Shown here piece by piece: positions 21,079-33,547 of a stretch of 64,000 nucleotides of DNA. Under the pieces are notes generated by a model. The model was not told where the DNA came from. It did not search any database and saw only the letters and a program-made list of their open reading frames with translations. The stretch covers positions 17,707 through 81,706 of the forward strand of contig CAVXDU010000015.1 in the NCBI GenBank assembly GCA_963760625.1, given 5' to 3'. Position 1 is the first letter of the stretch, and every line of letters begins with the position of its first letter. A program made the translations under genes and the position numbers. This DNA is from an uncultured Chloroflexia bacterium. GTDB lineage: Bacteria; Chloroflexota; Limnocylindria; Limnocylindrales; CSP1-4.

Positions 21079-22035
21079 GTGACGGCACAGCGCCTATCGC
21101 TGATCAGTCGGCGGTGGAGCGTTGACCTCCACACGCAAGCGTGCGGACCAACTGGTCCGCACGCAGCCGGCAGGAGCGCCTCGGACTGAAGTCTGCTCCT
21201 GCCGGTCCTTCGTCACGGTCGTCGTCATCGCGACCATCCCCTTCATCCTTGCGGTTATCCGCGCGCTGACCGCCGACGATGGGCAGCTTCATCGGGCTTC
21301 GGCAACTTCGAGCGCGCCATCACCAACCCACTCCTGCTCGGACTCCGCTCAAGCAGACGGCGATCTACGCGGCGATCGTGCTGCCAACGGAGATCATCGC
21401 TCGGGCTCGGGCTCGCGGTCCTCGTCCACCGGACCGATGCCAAGGTCGCGCCTCGGTCAGTGCCGCCGTGTACCTAGCGGCCATCATCCCCATCGTGATC
21501 CCCCAGGTGGTCGTTGGCGGTCGTGTTCCGCCTCGTGTATCGGCCCCGACTACGGCGTCATCAACGCGGTGCTCGGGCTCCAGGGGCCACGACCAGATCC
21601 TGTGGTTGTCGCAACCTACCCTCGCGATGCTCTCCGTCGCCAGCGCCGACATCTGGCAGTGGACGCCATTCGTCTATCTAGTCATGTTCGCCGGCTCTGC
21701 AAACCGTGCCCACAGAATTGGTCGAGGCTGCACAGGTGGACGGCGCCGATGCCTGGGCGCAATTCCGGCGCATCGAGATGCCGTACCTGCGCCCGTTGCT
21801 GCTACTGGTGATCTTCTTCCGCATCGCCGATGTGCTGCGGGTTTCGATCACGTGTACATCCTGACCGGCGGTGGGCCGGGCGCCACGACCCAGTTTCTCA
21901 GCCTGTACATGTACCGGATCGCCTTCCCGTTCTCCGATCTGGGGCAGGCCTCCGCGCTGGCCGTGATCGTCATGGCGGCGATGACCGTGTTCTACACGGT
22001 GGTCAGCCGCTTCCTGCCCGCGGATTCGAAACTGA
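21079..22035 (+). CDS. ABC sugar transporter permease 1 (CUT1; frameshifted)
   Basis: GTG 21079 follows GGAGAGG. Fragments TIPFILAVIRALT, LSVASADIWQWTPFVYLVMFAG, VDGADAWAQFRRIEMPYLRPLL and ILTGGGPGATTQFLSLYMY. A TGA at 22033-22035 overlaps the next start. Confidence 0.7.
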
Positions 22036-22867
22036 TGCGGCACAGGCTCGCGCGCATCGTCACCGTCCTCATCCTGGTCGTGGCGCTCATCGCATTCATA
22101 TTCCCGTTGTACTACCTGATCATCACGTCACTGAAGACGAAAGCGGAGCTGTATTCCGTCGTTCCCACGTTGATCCGCGTGATCCGACGTTCCAGGCGTA
22201 CTACGAGGTCCTCGTCGACCGCAAGATGGCCGGCACTGCTCGTGAACAGTGCCATCGCCTGCATGTCCGCGACGATCCTGGGTCTGATCGTGGCGCTCCT
22301 GCTCTGTTATCCCATCACGCGGCTGCCGGTATCGCGGCGTATCCGCGGTTTCGTGCTCGATTGGTCTCTGTCCCTGCGGTTCCTGGCGCCGATCGCTGTG
22401 GTCATCCCGTACTTCCTGATCGTCCGGTCGGTGGGTCTCTACAACCAGTTGTCCGCCCTAGTCCTGGTCTACGCCATCTTCAATCTCCCGCTCTCCATCT
22501 GGATGCTCAAAGGCTTCCTGGAGGAGATCCCGATGGAGATCGAGGAGGCCGCTTTCGTCGACGGAGCGAGCCGCCTGCGCGCGTTCTGGACCATCCTGCT
22601 GCCACTGGCTCGACCCGGCATCCTGGCAGCAGGGATCGTCGTCTTTGCCTTCGATTGGGCCGAGTTCCTGTTCGCCTTCATCCTGACGGCGACACCCAAG
22701 GCGATGACGTTCCCGGTCGGCGTGCAGAGTCTGGTCACGCAGTTCGAGATCATCTGGAACGAGATGGCGGCGGGTGGGTATTGATCGTGTTGCCGCTGGC
22801 GTTGCTGTTCGTCGCTCGGCGCCACGTGATCACGGGCCTGACGTTCGGCGTGATTCGCGACAAGTAG
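22035..22867 (+). CDS. ABC sugar transporter permease 2 (CUT1; frameshifted)
   Basis: MRHRLARIVTVLILVVALIAFIFPLYYLIITSLKT, the EAA-loop region EIEEAAFVDGASRLRAFWTILLPLARPG, and the tail ...GLTFGVIRDK (ORF 21830..22867). Confidence 0.75.
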
Positions 22868-23000
22868 GCTTCTCCGCTCCCTTGGTGTCCGCGTCCACCG
22901 ACGACCTGGCTCGCTCGCAGACCTGCAACCGGTCCGAGCCGTGACGCTGCCAGCGTGCTGGTCGACCAGGGCGGGGCCCGTCACAGCGGGAGCAGAGCGC

Positions 23001-23167
23001 GTTCTGGACACATATGCATGCCCGGGTTCTTCGGCACGGCGGGTTGTCGTCGCGCCCGCGGAAGGCGTCAGGTCTTGTCACGCATGCACGGGAGACTGGC
23101 GGCGATCGGCGCCATCGACGGGCGCAAGCCAGGCGCCGGTTCGGTGACGCGCCCAATATCCCGCGCC
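23001..23167 (+). repeat. Mosaic inverted-repeat element, type 1, copy B (3' arm truncated)
   Basis: GTTCTGGACACATATGCATGCCCGGGTTCTTCGGCA ... GGTCTTGTCACGCATGCACGGGAGACTG ... GCGCCCAATATCCCGC. After CCCGC the sequence no longer matches copies A and C and runs into a 12-bp tandem array. Confidence 0.8.
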
Positions 23168-23257
23168 CGACGGCAGCCCCGACCGCGCCCCGACGGCGCC
23201 CCACGGCGCCCCGACAGCGCCCCGACAGCGCCCCGACAGCGCCCCGACCGCGCCCTG
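23162..23257 (+). repeat. 12-bp tandem repeat, about 8 units (gcgccccgacag-like)
   Basis: cgcgcccgacgg cagccccgaccg cgccccgacggc gccccacggcgc cccgacagcgcc (x3) gaccgcgccctg. Intergenic, between the permease and lacI ends. Confidence 0.85.
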
Positions 23258-23263
23258 CACGCA

Positions 23264-24387
23264 TCACGTGTGATGGACGACTGGCGCGGTGTTCGTTGTC
23301 GCACGTATCACAAGGTGGACCGGCAAGCGGATCGTCTCGAACGGCGGAGCAGGTGCGGCAGCGCCCGATCCGGCCAGCGATCCCAGCAATCGGTCCACGC
23401 CCCAGCTTCCGAGCGCGACGATGTCCTGCGCCACGGTGGTCAGGACAGGCTCCGCGAACCCGGCGAGGTCGATGTCATCGAAGCCGACGACGCTCACATC
23501 GTCTGGGCACGGTGCGGCCGCCGGCCCGGATGGCTCGCAGTGCGCCGAACGCCACGACGTCGTTGTAGCACAGGATCCCGGTCACATCCGGATGCCGCAG
23601 GAGCAGGGGCTCGGTCGCCGATGCGCCGCTCGCCACGTTGCTGTCGCAGCGCTCGATGGCCAGGCGTCGCGCCCCCGAGCGGCGCCGATGGCGGAGCGCC
23701 TGTCGCACGCCCGCCAGGCGCTCGGCCGCCGCCGGGTCGTCGAGCGAGACAGTGACCATGGCCCAGGCGCCGATGGCCGAGGGCCAGGAGGTGCTCCGCG
23801 GCGATACGGCCGCCGGCCTGGTTGTCGCTCATCGCTGCGGGCGTGCGTTCCGTCGTGCGTCTCGCTGTTCACGAGCACCGTGCGGCAGGTGAGCGCGACC
23901 CAGCCACTGCGCATGACGACGCCGAAGGCCGCTCGTCGCGACCACTACCCCATCCACGCGTCGGGATGCCAGCAGCTCCAGGAACGCGCCTTCGCGCTCC
24001 GGATCGTTGGCGCCGTTGCCCAGCAGGACCACGTAGCCCCGGTCCCGTGCGCGATCCTCGATGGCTCGCACCAGCTCAGGGAAGAATGGGTTCTGGATGT
24101 CGGTGATGAGCAGGCCAAGGGTGTGGGTCGTGCGCAGCTTGAGGGAGCGGGCCACGCCAGACGGCCGGTAGTCGAGTCTCCGTGCGGCCGATAGCACCCG
24201 CTCCCGGCTGTCGCCGCGCCCCCGGCTCCGGCCCGAGAGGACCCGGCTGACGGTCGCCGTCGAGACTCCTGCGAGAGATGGCCACGTCGGCGATGGTCAC
24301 GGGCGCCCGGCCGTGGGAGGCCGGGCGAGCCGGCTCGCTCATCCCGGGCCGACGGGTCACCGTCCCGTCCTGTCGGACGCGGCTCAT
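23264..24387 (-). CDS. LacI family transcriptional regulator (frameshifted; alternative start 24342)
   Basis: HTH VTIADVA..., then [47 protein letters not shown], then the C-terminus [26 protein letters not shown] 24387 overlaps a TGATGA that would end the upstream ATPase in another frame. Confidence 0.8.
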
Positions 24388-25272
24388 CAGCTCGTCGAGC
24401 TCGCGTGCCAGCTCCTGGAGCTCCTCGCCGCCACCCATGAGCCGCAGCAGCTCGTCCTGGCCTACCTCGCCCCGTCGGAACTCACCCGCCAGGCGCCCGT
24501 GGGACAGGATGGTGAACCGGTCACCGACCGGCAGCGCGTGCTGCACGTTGTGGGTGATGAAGATGACTGCCAGGCCGCGGGACCGGGCACGGATGACGTG
24601 GCGCAGCACGATGGCCGCTTCCTTGACGCCCAGCGCCGAGGTGGGCTCGTCGAGGATGAGCACCCGCGCACCGAAGTACTCGGCGCGGGCGATGGCCAGC
24701 GTCTGTCGCTCGCCACCCGAGAGCGTGCCCACCAGCTGGCCCGGGTCGCGGATGGCGATGCCGATCTCGGCCATCTGGGCCATCGCGATGCGGCCCGCCT
24801 CGCTGACATCGAATCTGCTGGAACGGGCCCCAACCCCTGGTCGGTTCCGAGCCCACGAAGAAGTTGCGGCTGACGCTCATGAGCGGCAGCACGGCCAGGT
24901 CCTGGTAGACGGTCGCGATGCCCCGGTCGAGGGCGTCACGGGGTGACGAGAACCGGACCGGCGCGCCGTCGATGAGCATCTCGCCCCGGTCGGGCTGGTA
25001 GACCCCAGACAGCATCTTGATGAGCGTGGACTTGCCTGCGCCGTTGTCGCCCAGGAGGCAGTTGACCTCGCCCGACCGGACGGACAGGGAGACCTTGTCG
25101 AGCGCGATGACGCGGCCGAAGTCCTTGGACACCTCGCGTGCCTCGAGCACGGGCACGGCAGTCGGACACGGGCTGGGCACCCTGGTTGCCGTACGCGGCG
25201 ATCTTCGCGGCCGTGTCCTGCGGGCAGGGTGATGGGTGCGTCGTCGTGGGCGGAGAAGGGCGGCTGGTCCAT
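24387..25272 (-). CDS. Sugar ABC transporter ATP-binding protein, single-domain FrcA-like (frameshifted)
   Basis: [79 protein letters not shown]. In the current frame it reads through into lacI without a stop. Confidence 0.8.
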
Positions 25273-26323
25273 CAGCGGGTCCCCGAAGCGCGGCGCAGGA
25301 CATAGGTGTTGACGAGGACCGCCGCCAGCAGCAGCAGCCCCAGGACGGCCTGGTACCAGTCGGTATTGATGCCCGCGTACAGGATGCCCAGGGCCGTGGC
25401 ATGCCCAGGATCAGGGCGCCGAAGGCGGAGCCGATGACGGAGCCGTAGCCGCCGGTGAGCAGCGTGCCGCCCGACGACGGCGGTGATGATGGCCTGGAAC
25501 TCCTTGCCGGTGCCGTCGTTGACGTTGGCGCTGCCCACCTGCGGGCACCACGATGCAGGAGTAGAGGGCGGCCGCAGCGGCCGTGGTCATGAACAGGATG
25601 ATCTTGACGCGCGACACCGGCACGCCCACGTAGCGTGACGCCTGGGCCGACCCACCGACCGCGAAGATCCAGTTGCCGAAGCGCGTCCGGAGCAGGACCC
25701 ACGAGGCGACGACGACGACGGCGAGCCACCACAGCAGCTCGACCCGGAAGACCGCCCGGTCGATGGTGAACAGGGGTGCCGAGAACAGGCGCAGCGCGGG
25801 GCTGTCGGCCGCCCCGGCAGGCAGCCGCACGATCGTCTGGTTGGTGATCTCGCGGGTCATGGCGATGGTCACGCCGCGCAGGATCGAGCATCGAGGCCAG
25901 CGTGATGAGGAATGAGGGCAGCCGTGTCCGGACGACGAGCCAGCCATTGATGGCGCCGAGGATGAGCGCCAGCGCGAACGTGAGCACCACGGCGACGCGC
26001 GGGGTCCAGCCTGGTACTGGCGTGATCATGAGGGCCAGGAAGATGCTGGTGATGCCGATCATGGAGCCCAGCGACAGGTCGAACTCGCCGGCGATCATGA
26101 GCAGCGCCACCGGTGCGCCCAGGATGCCCACCTGGGCCGCGATCTGGAGCCAGCCGGCGACGCCGATGGGACCCAGGAAGCCGTTCTTGCCGGCCAGGAT
26201 GGCGAAGATGATGAAGACCAGGACAGCGCCGATGAGCGCTCCGATCTCGGGCCTGGCGAACAGGCGTCGAAGCGGCCCCTCGGAGCGGAGACGACTGGGT
26301 GCGGCGCCCGTGGCGTGAGTCAT
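25272..26323 (-). CDS. Sugar ABC transporter permease (CUT2, RbsC/AraH-like; frameshifted)
   Basis: The N-terminal 140 aa of ORF 24521..26323 are polytopic ([19 protein letters not shown]...[15 protein letters not shown]). The C-terminus [23 protein letters not shown]...[15 protein letters not shown] ends at 25272, overlapping the ATPase ATG. Confidence 0.75.
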
Positions 26324-26391
26324 CGTCGGCGGTCCTCCATGGCGGACGAGGCCGGTCGCGACTCGACGACCGGCCTCGGGTCACTCGACCT

Positions 26392-27378
26392 CTAGCGGGT
26401 GGTACCCGCGTTGGCGATGACCAGGTCGACGTTGTCCTTGGTGACGAAGCCGGGACCCGTGTAGATCGGGGCGCCGCCGCCGGGGAGCAGGCCGTACAGG
26501 TTGTAGTAGGTCAGGATCTCGATCGGCAGGTAGCCCTGGAGGAACTGCTGCTGATCGATGGCGAAGTCGACGGTGCCGGCCTTGATACCGGCGAGCATGT
26601 CCGGGCGACAGGTCGAAGGTGGCGATGTGGATCTTGCCGGTCAATGCCCAGCTGGTCGACCGCCTTCAGGGCCGGGGCGGCGCCGGTCGGGCCGAGGGCC
26701 ATGACGGCGTCGATGGTCGTGTCGGCCTGGAGGGCGGCCACGATCTTGCTCGCGGCACCGGTCTGGTCGTTCAGGTCGACCTGGACGACGGTGGACTTGG
26801 CACCCGTGCCGAGGCCTTCGGCGAAGCCTTCGCAGCGGGCATCGAGGGCGGCGTTGCCGACCTCCTGGTTGATGCAGAGGGCGTTCTTGACGCCTGCGGC
26901 GGCCATCTTCTCGCCGGCGCCCTTGCCGGCCGGGAACTCGTCCTGGCCGACGTGGGTCAGGATGCCCAGGCTCTTGTACACGTCAGAGCCGGAGTTGGCG
27001 GAGATGACCGGGATGCCCGCATCGACGGCGCTCTTGATGGCGGGCCCGAGCGCCGTGGCATCCGGGATCGAGACCACCAGGCCCTGTGGGGTTCTTGCCC
27101 ACGGCCGCGGTGATGAGCTGGGCCATCGCGTTGATGTCGAACGTCGTCCCGCGGGCGCGGAGTAGTTGACCGTGACGCCGTGCGGTGCCATGTCCTTGGC
27201 GGCCTGGTTGACGCCGTTGACGAAGATCGACCAGAACGGGTCGGACGCCTGGCCGTGGGTCACGACCTCGATGGGGATGGGGCGCCGGCTCCTGCGCCGA
27301 GGCCATGCCCGGGGCGAGTGCCGCGCCGACCAGCAGGCCGGTGCCCAGGGTCAGGCTGACTGCCTTGCGAACCTTCAT
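26392..27378 (-). CDS. Sugar ABC transporter periplasmic binding protein (CUT2; frameshifted)
   Basis: Signal [55 protein letters not shown] and [30 protein letters not shown] are typical of ribose/inositol-type binding proteins. Confidence 0.8.
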
Positions 27379-27479
27379 GTGCGTGATGCTCCTCCTCGCG
27401 CGACGGCGAGGCCGTCGGCGTGTGTCGTGGGCCCGGCCACAAGCCGGCCTCAGGCGATCGACTGTTCGCTGGCGACCTA

Positions 27480-28521
27480 CCTCCTTCTGCTGTGCGCCCT
27501 GCTGTGCCGTGTCCCGGACCGGCAGGCCGGCGATCTCGCTGAGGGCCACTGGTCGGTGCTCATGCATCGACCTGGTGGCGGCCTCCGCGACGCGCAACGA
27601 CTCGACCCCGTCACGGGCCGTGCACGGGAGATGGCGCCTCGCCGCGTGCGACCGCGAGGAACGCGATCAGCTCGGCGCGGTAGGCACCCGGGAAGCGGGC
27701 GAAGAAGTCCGGCCAGGCGGGACCGGCGGGCGGTGGCACGCCGGGCTCCACCGACCGCATCGGCGTGTGCGGGCCGAGACCCACGCTGATGCTGTCCCGC
27801 GATCCGAACAGCTCCGCCCGGATGTCGTAGCCGAGTGGATCGTGGCGGGCGCTGGTGAGCACGGCCAGCGTGCCGTCCTCCATGCGCAGCGTGGCCACGC
27901 CGGTGTCCACGTCGCCGTACTTGGCGAAGACAGGGAAGCCCCGGACGCCGCCGTCGCGTAGACCTCGGCGACCTCGGAGCCCAGCAGCCAGCGGATGACA
28001 TCGAAGTCGTGGACCGAGAAGTCCCGGAACAGCCCACCCGACGCCGGGATGTACGACTCATGGGGCGGGGCCGGATCGTGGCCGGCCAGCCGGACCACGT
28101 AGACCGTGCCCAGCTCGCCGCTCTCCACCATCCGGCGCGCCTCGCGGTAGCCCGCGTCGAATCGGCGCTGGAAGCCGAGCTGGAATGGCACGCCGGACGC
28201 CTCGATCAGCTGCGCGACCGCGATGGTCTCGTCGAGCGTCCCCGCCAGGGGCTTCTCGCAGTAGGTCGGGATGCGACGGGCGATGGCCGCCCGGACCAGG
28301 TCGGCGTGGGCGTCCGTGGCCGCCGCGATGACGATGGCATCGGCGGTATCCATGAGCGCCTCGACCGACGGGAACGCACGGGCGCCGACCTGCGGCCGCC
28401 ACGGCGGCCGCTCGCTCCGTGTCGCGTCGGCGATCAGCAGCTCGTCGACACCCTCGAGCCCGGCGAGCAGTCGGGCATGCATGGCACCGATCCGTCCCGC
28501 ACCGATCAGACCGATCCTCAT
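27480..28521 (-). CDS. iolG: Inositol 2-dehydrogenase-like Gfo/Idh/MocA oxidoreductase (frameshifted; 3' end uncertain within about 27450-27540)
   Basis: [79 protein letters not shown]. Divergent from iolD. Confidence 0.7.
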
Positions 28522-28681
28522 CCGCTGGCATCTCCCCGACGGCATCGGGCATGTCACCGAACCGCGACCGATCCCGGTCCGCGACGTGCAATGTGTAATC
28601 GATTGCGTATCATTGGCGCGTCGGGGGAGCCTGTCAACCCGGTTGCCTGCGGATGTGCCATCGACCGAAGGAGGCGATCTC

Positions 28682-30588
28682 ATGGGCGGTACTCGCCGAC
28701 TGACGACCGCGCAGGCCGTGGTGGCGTTCCTTCGCCAGCAGCACGTCGAGCGCGACGGCGAGCGGGCGCGGTTCATCGCTGGGGTGTTCGGCATCTTCGG
28801 GCACGGCAACGTGGCCGGGCTGGGTGAGGCGCTGGAGGCGGAGGCCGCCGCGCACGGCCAGGACGCGCTGCGCTACCACCAGGCGCGCAACGAGCAGGGG
28901 ATGGTCCACATCGCAGTCGGCCTACGCCAAGCAGCTGCGACGGCTGCGCGCGTTCGCCTGCACCAGCTCCATCGGTCCCGGCGCCACCAACATGGTCACG
29001 GGCGCCGCGACGGCGACGCGTGAACCGGCTGCCGGTGCTGCTGCTGCCGGGTGACCTCTTCGGCACCCGTCGGGTGACCCCGGTGCTCCAGCAGCTGGAG
29101 CGGCCGGAGAGCCAGGACGTGAGCGTCAACGACGCGTTCCGGCCCGTGTCGCGCTACTGGGACCGCATCGACCGGCCGGAGCAGCTGGTGACCGCGCTGC
29201 CCGCCGCGTTCCGGGTGCTCACCTCGCCCGTCCGAGACGGGTGCGGTCACGCTCTGCCTGCCCCAGGACGTCCAGGCGGAGGCGTGGGACTTCCCCGAGG
29301 AGCTGTTCGAGGAACGCACCTGGGTCGTGCCCCGACCGAGGCCGGACGTGACGCTGCTGGCCCGGGCCGCGGACGCCATCGCGGCCGCCCGCCGACCGAT
29401 GATCGTGGCCGGCGGCGGTGTGCTGCTACTCCGCCGCGGAGGCGGCGCTCGACGCCTTCGCGACCCGCTTCGGCATCCCGGTCACCGAGACCCAGGCCGG
29501 CAAGGGTGCGCTCGCCTGGGACCACCCGCTCCAGATGGGGCCCGTGGGCGCGACCGGCGGCTCCGCCGGCAACGCGGTCGCGCGGACCGCCGACCTGGTC
29601 ATCGCCATCGGGACGCGCCTGTCCGATTTCCCGACCGCGTCGTGGACGGCCTGGCAGGACCCCGACGTCGCGGTTCGTGGCCATCAACGTCGCGGAGCTG
29701 GACGCCGCCAAGGCGCGCGCCGATCCCGCTGGTCGCCGACGCCCGGGCGTGCCTCGAGGAGCTGACGGCGGCGCTCGACGCCCGCGGCTACGCCGGGGTC
29801 GAGCACCGAGCGGCGGGCCGCCAACGAGCGCGCTGCGCGCCGACTGGAACGCGGAGGTCGACCGGGTCCGCGCACTGTCCAGCGCCGCAGCACACCTCGC
29901 AGCCGGAGGCGATCCGGCTGGTCAACGAGGCGGCCGGCAGGGACGGCATCGTGGTGTGCGCCGCCGGCGGCCTGCCGGGTGACCTGCACAAGCTGTGGCG
30001 GACCTCGCGACCGGGCGGCTATCACCTGGAGTACGGCTACTCCACGATGGGCTACGAGGTCGCCGGCGGCATCGGCGTCGCGATGGCGGAGCCCGACCGG
30101 CGGGTGTACGTGATGGTCGGTGACGGCTCCTGGCTGATGCTGTCCGCGGAGATCGCGACCGCCGTCCAGGAGGGCATCGGGCTCACCGTCGTGCTCCTCG
30201 ACAACCACGGCTTCCGGTGCATCCGCAACCTGTCGAGCGCGTGCGGCGGCGAGGGCACGTTCCAGGACTTCCGGTTCCGCGATCCGGCCACCGGGCAGCT
30301 GACGGGCGATGTCCTGCCCATCGACTTCGCGGCCAACGCCGCGAGCCTGGGCGCGCACGTCCTGACCGCCCACGATCCGGCGGAGCTGGCCAGCGCGCTG
30401 GAGGCCAGCAAGGCGATCACGGACCGACCGGTCGTCATCGTGACCGAGGTCGACCCGTCCGTCGGCGTGCCCGGCTACGACAGCTGGTGGGACGTGCCGG
30501 TCGCGGAGGTCTCGGACAACCCGCTGGTCCGCCAGGCCTACGCGGACTACCGTGGCGCACCTCGCCACTGGAGCGCAACCTGCCATGA
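28682..30588 (+). CDS. iolD: 3D-(3,5/4)-trihydroxycyclohexane-1,2-dione acylhydrolase (TPP enzyme, IolD; frameshifted)
   Basis: [48 protein letters not shown], later [24 protein letters not shown]...[10 protein letters not shown]...[12 protein letters not shown] and [11 protein letters not shown] stop at 30586-30588 overlaps the next ATG in the sequence ATGA. Confidence 0.85.
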
Positions 30589-31551
30589 CGGTGGCACGGC
30601 GTCGGAGCGCCATGTCATGACCGCCCGCGCTGCCCATCGCGAGCGCGCCCTGCTCCTTCGGGGTGGACGAGGTGGTCACCGACGACGCCTGGATGCCGGG
30701 TCCCGACGAGATGCTGGACTGGATGCTGGGCATCGGCTATGCGGGCACGGAGCTCGGGCCACCCGGCTACCTGGGCGCCGGGACGCGCGGCACGTGAGCG
30801 ACTGGACCGGCGCGGCCTGCAGCTCGTCGGTGCGTTCCTGCCCGGTCACTTCAGCCGCGCCGACCGCGCGCCCGCGGACCGTGACTGGCTGCGCGACCAG
30901 CTGCCGCTCCTGCGCGACGGCGACGCCCGAGGGATCGACGCCGTTCGCGGTCCTGTGCGAGGCGATCGACGAGCCGGACCGACTGCGCTACTCCGGACGC
31001 ATCGACCTGCACCCCGAGGCCCAGCTCGACGAGGTCGCGCGTGCGCACGCTGCTGGACAACCTCCATCGGGCAGGGGAGCTGTGCCAGGAGCTGGGGTTC
31101 CGGGCGGTCGATCCACCCCCACGCCGGCACCTACATCGAGACCGACGCGGAGATCGAGCGAGTGGTGGAGGGGCTCGATGCGCTCGCTGGTGGGGCTGTG
31201 CCTCGACAGCGGGCACTTCCGGTATGGCGGGGCCGACCCCGCGCAGCGCGTCCGGGACTACCGCAGCGTCCTCCAGCACGTGCATCTCAAGGACTGCCAC
31301 ACCCAGGTCCTGCGCGATGTCCGCCGCGATGACCAGGGCCTGGCGGAGGCCCTGGCGCGCGGTGTGTTCACGGAGCTGGGCACCGGCGACTCGGGCATCG
31401 ATCGCGGTGGTCGCGGCGCTCCGCGGAGGTCGGCTACGACGGCTGGGTGGTCGTGGAGCAGGACCGGAAGCTGGACGAGCGCGTGACGCGCCACGAGCTG
31501 GTCGCCTCCCAGCGCCGCAACCTCGCCTATCTGCGCACCCTGGGCCTGTGA
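30585..31551 (+). CDS. iolE: Inosose dehydratase-like sugar phosphate isomerase/epimerase (TIM barrel; frameshifted)
   Basis: Manual read: PIASAPCSFGVDEVV...MLDWMLGIGYAGTELGPPGYLG, then GLCLDSGHFRYGGADP..DYRSVLQHVHLKDC and GYDGWVVVEQD. Ends at TGA 31549-31551. Confidence 0.65.
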
Positions 31552-32402
31552 TGCGACGGCCTGACCCGACCAGCGATCCCTGCTGCGGCGCGCCACGCGC
31601 GCCCGACGCCCGCGACGGCGCCACCCAGCGCCTGACACCGGCGGATGCAGGCTGGGAGTGGATCAGCTTCAGCTGCCCACCGGCTGGATGCGGGCCAGGC
31701 CGTGGAGCGACCGGGTGACGGCCAGGAGGTCGCCGTCGTCGTCCTCGAGGGATCGGCCGACGTCGCGCGCGGGTTCCCGTCGGTTCGGGTCGGTCGGCAG
31801 CCGGGTCGAGCGTGTTCGACGGACCACCGCCGCCGGTCGTGCTGGTCGCCGCCGGGCGAGCCGGTCACGGTCCGCACGGACGCGGCCGCGACCGTGCTCA
31901 TCGCGAGCGCCCGCATCGGGCGACCCGGTGCCGACCCGCCTCATCGACCCCGCCACGATGCGGGTGGAGGACCGGGGCAGCGGCCAGACCGCGCGCCGGG
32001 TCCATCACCTGCTGCCGCCCGATGCAGCCGCCTCGCGGCTCATCCTGGTGGAGGTGTTCACGCCCGGTGGCAACTGGTCCAGCTATCCGCCCCACAAGCA
32101 CGACACGGAGGACCAGCCGCGGGAGTCGCTGCTGGAGGAGCTGTACTACTACCGGTTCGCGCGGCCGCAGGGCTTCGCGTTCGCGCGGGTCTACACCGCC
32201 GACCGGAGCCTGGACCAGGCGCTCACGCCCATGGATGGCGACGTGGTGCTGGTGCCCACGGGGGTTCCATCCGGTGGGCATGCCGGCCGGATACGATGGC
32301 TACTACCTGAACGTGATGGCCGGTCCCACCCGGCTCTGGAACTTCACCCTCGACCCGGACCACGCCTGGCTGATGGACTGGTCTCCCGCTGCGTCACGCT
32401 GA
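31551..32402 (+). CDS. iolB: 5-deoxy-glucuronate isomerase (IolB; frameshifted)
   Basis: GWEWISFS..RLDAGQAVERPGDGQEVAVVVLEG, then LILVEVFTPGGNWSSYPPHKHD...EELYYYRF..PQGFAF.RVYT, then the tail ...HAWLMDWSPAASR. Confidence 0.8.
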
Positions 32403-32433
32403 TCAGGAGGAGCCTCCATGGCGACCGCATCCC

Positions 32434-33547
32434 ATGGCGACCCACCCGCCCGGTGCGAACAGGCGGGTCCCATCGTCCCGGACCGTCCGGGACTACCCGA
32501 CCGACTACTGGAACGACTCCTGCGCCGCCGCGGAGCTGTCCTGGGCGATCGAGCATGGCGCGCACCGGCGCGACCACCAACCCGACCATCGTGGGCGACG
32601 TGCTCAAGAAGGAGATGGACATCTGGGCGCCGCGGATCCGGGCGATCCAGGCGGAGCGACCCGAGGCCACCGACCAGGAGGTGACGTGGCAGGTCATCGA
32701 GGAGATGGCCATCCGTGGCTGGAAGATGCTCGAACCCGTGTTCGAGCGGGAGCACGGCCGCAAGGGACGACTGTCGATCCAGACCAACCCCACGTACCAC
32801 GTGTCGACCGAGCGGATGCTCGACCAGGCGCGACATTTCGCCACCCTCGCTCCCAACGTCCAGGTCAAGTTCCCGGTGACCGCCGCGGGTCTCGCGGCCA
32901 TCGAGCAGGCGACCTACGAGGGCATCTCCATCAATGCCACGGTCAGCTTCACGGTGTCCCAGGCACTCGCGGTCGGCGAGGCGGTGGAGCGGGCGCTCCG
33001 GCGTCGCGAGGCCGAGGGTCTGGACGTGTCGCGCATGTCGCCCGGTGTGCACGCTCATGATCGGTCGGCTCGACGACTGGGTGAAGGCGGTCTGCGAGCG
33101 GGACGACATCATCGTCGACCCGGCGGCGCCCAACTGGGCGGGCATCGCGGTGTTCAAGAAGGCCGCGGCGGTCTACCGCGAGCGCGGGTATCGCTGCCGG
33201 CCGCTGGCCGCGGCGTACCGGCACCATCTCCACTGGTCGGAGCTCATCGGCGGGGATGTGGTGCTGACGATGCCGTACCAGTGGGCGCGTCGCTTCGATG
33301 CCTCGACGGTCGAGGTGCGGGCCCGCTTCGACGACCCGGTGCCCGCGGAGTACGTGGCGCAGCTCCTCGATCGCGTGCCGGACATTCCGGCAGGCCTGGG
33401 AGGCCGACGGACTCACGCCCGCCGAGTTCGACACCTATGGGGCGACCGTGCGGACGCTGCGGTCCTTCATCGCCAGCTACTGGTCGCTCGTCGGCACCGT
33501 GGACGAGCTTGCTGCTGCCGAATCCGGACGTCCGACCGAAGGGCTGA
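32434..33547 (+). CDS. Transaldolase-family protein (frameshifted; alternative start 32418)
   Basis: DYPTDYWNDSCAAAELSWAIEHGA, GATTNPTIVGDVLKKE, RLSIQTNP, VQVKFPVTAAGLAAIEQATYEGISINATVSFTVSQAL, LMIGRLDDW. Confidence 0.75.

Noticed and set aside
24330-24400. Apparent in-frame fusion of the sugar ABC ATPase with the LacI regulator
   Set aside because: A TGATGA overlapping an ATG exists in an alternate frame at 24384-24389. Given the indel density, a lost frame is far more likely than a real ATPase-repressor fusion.
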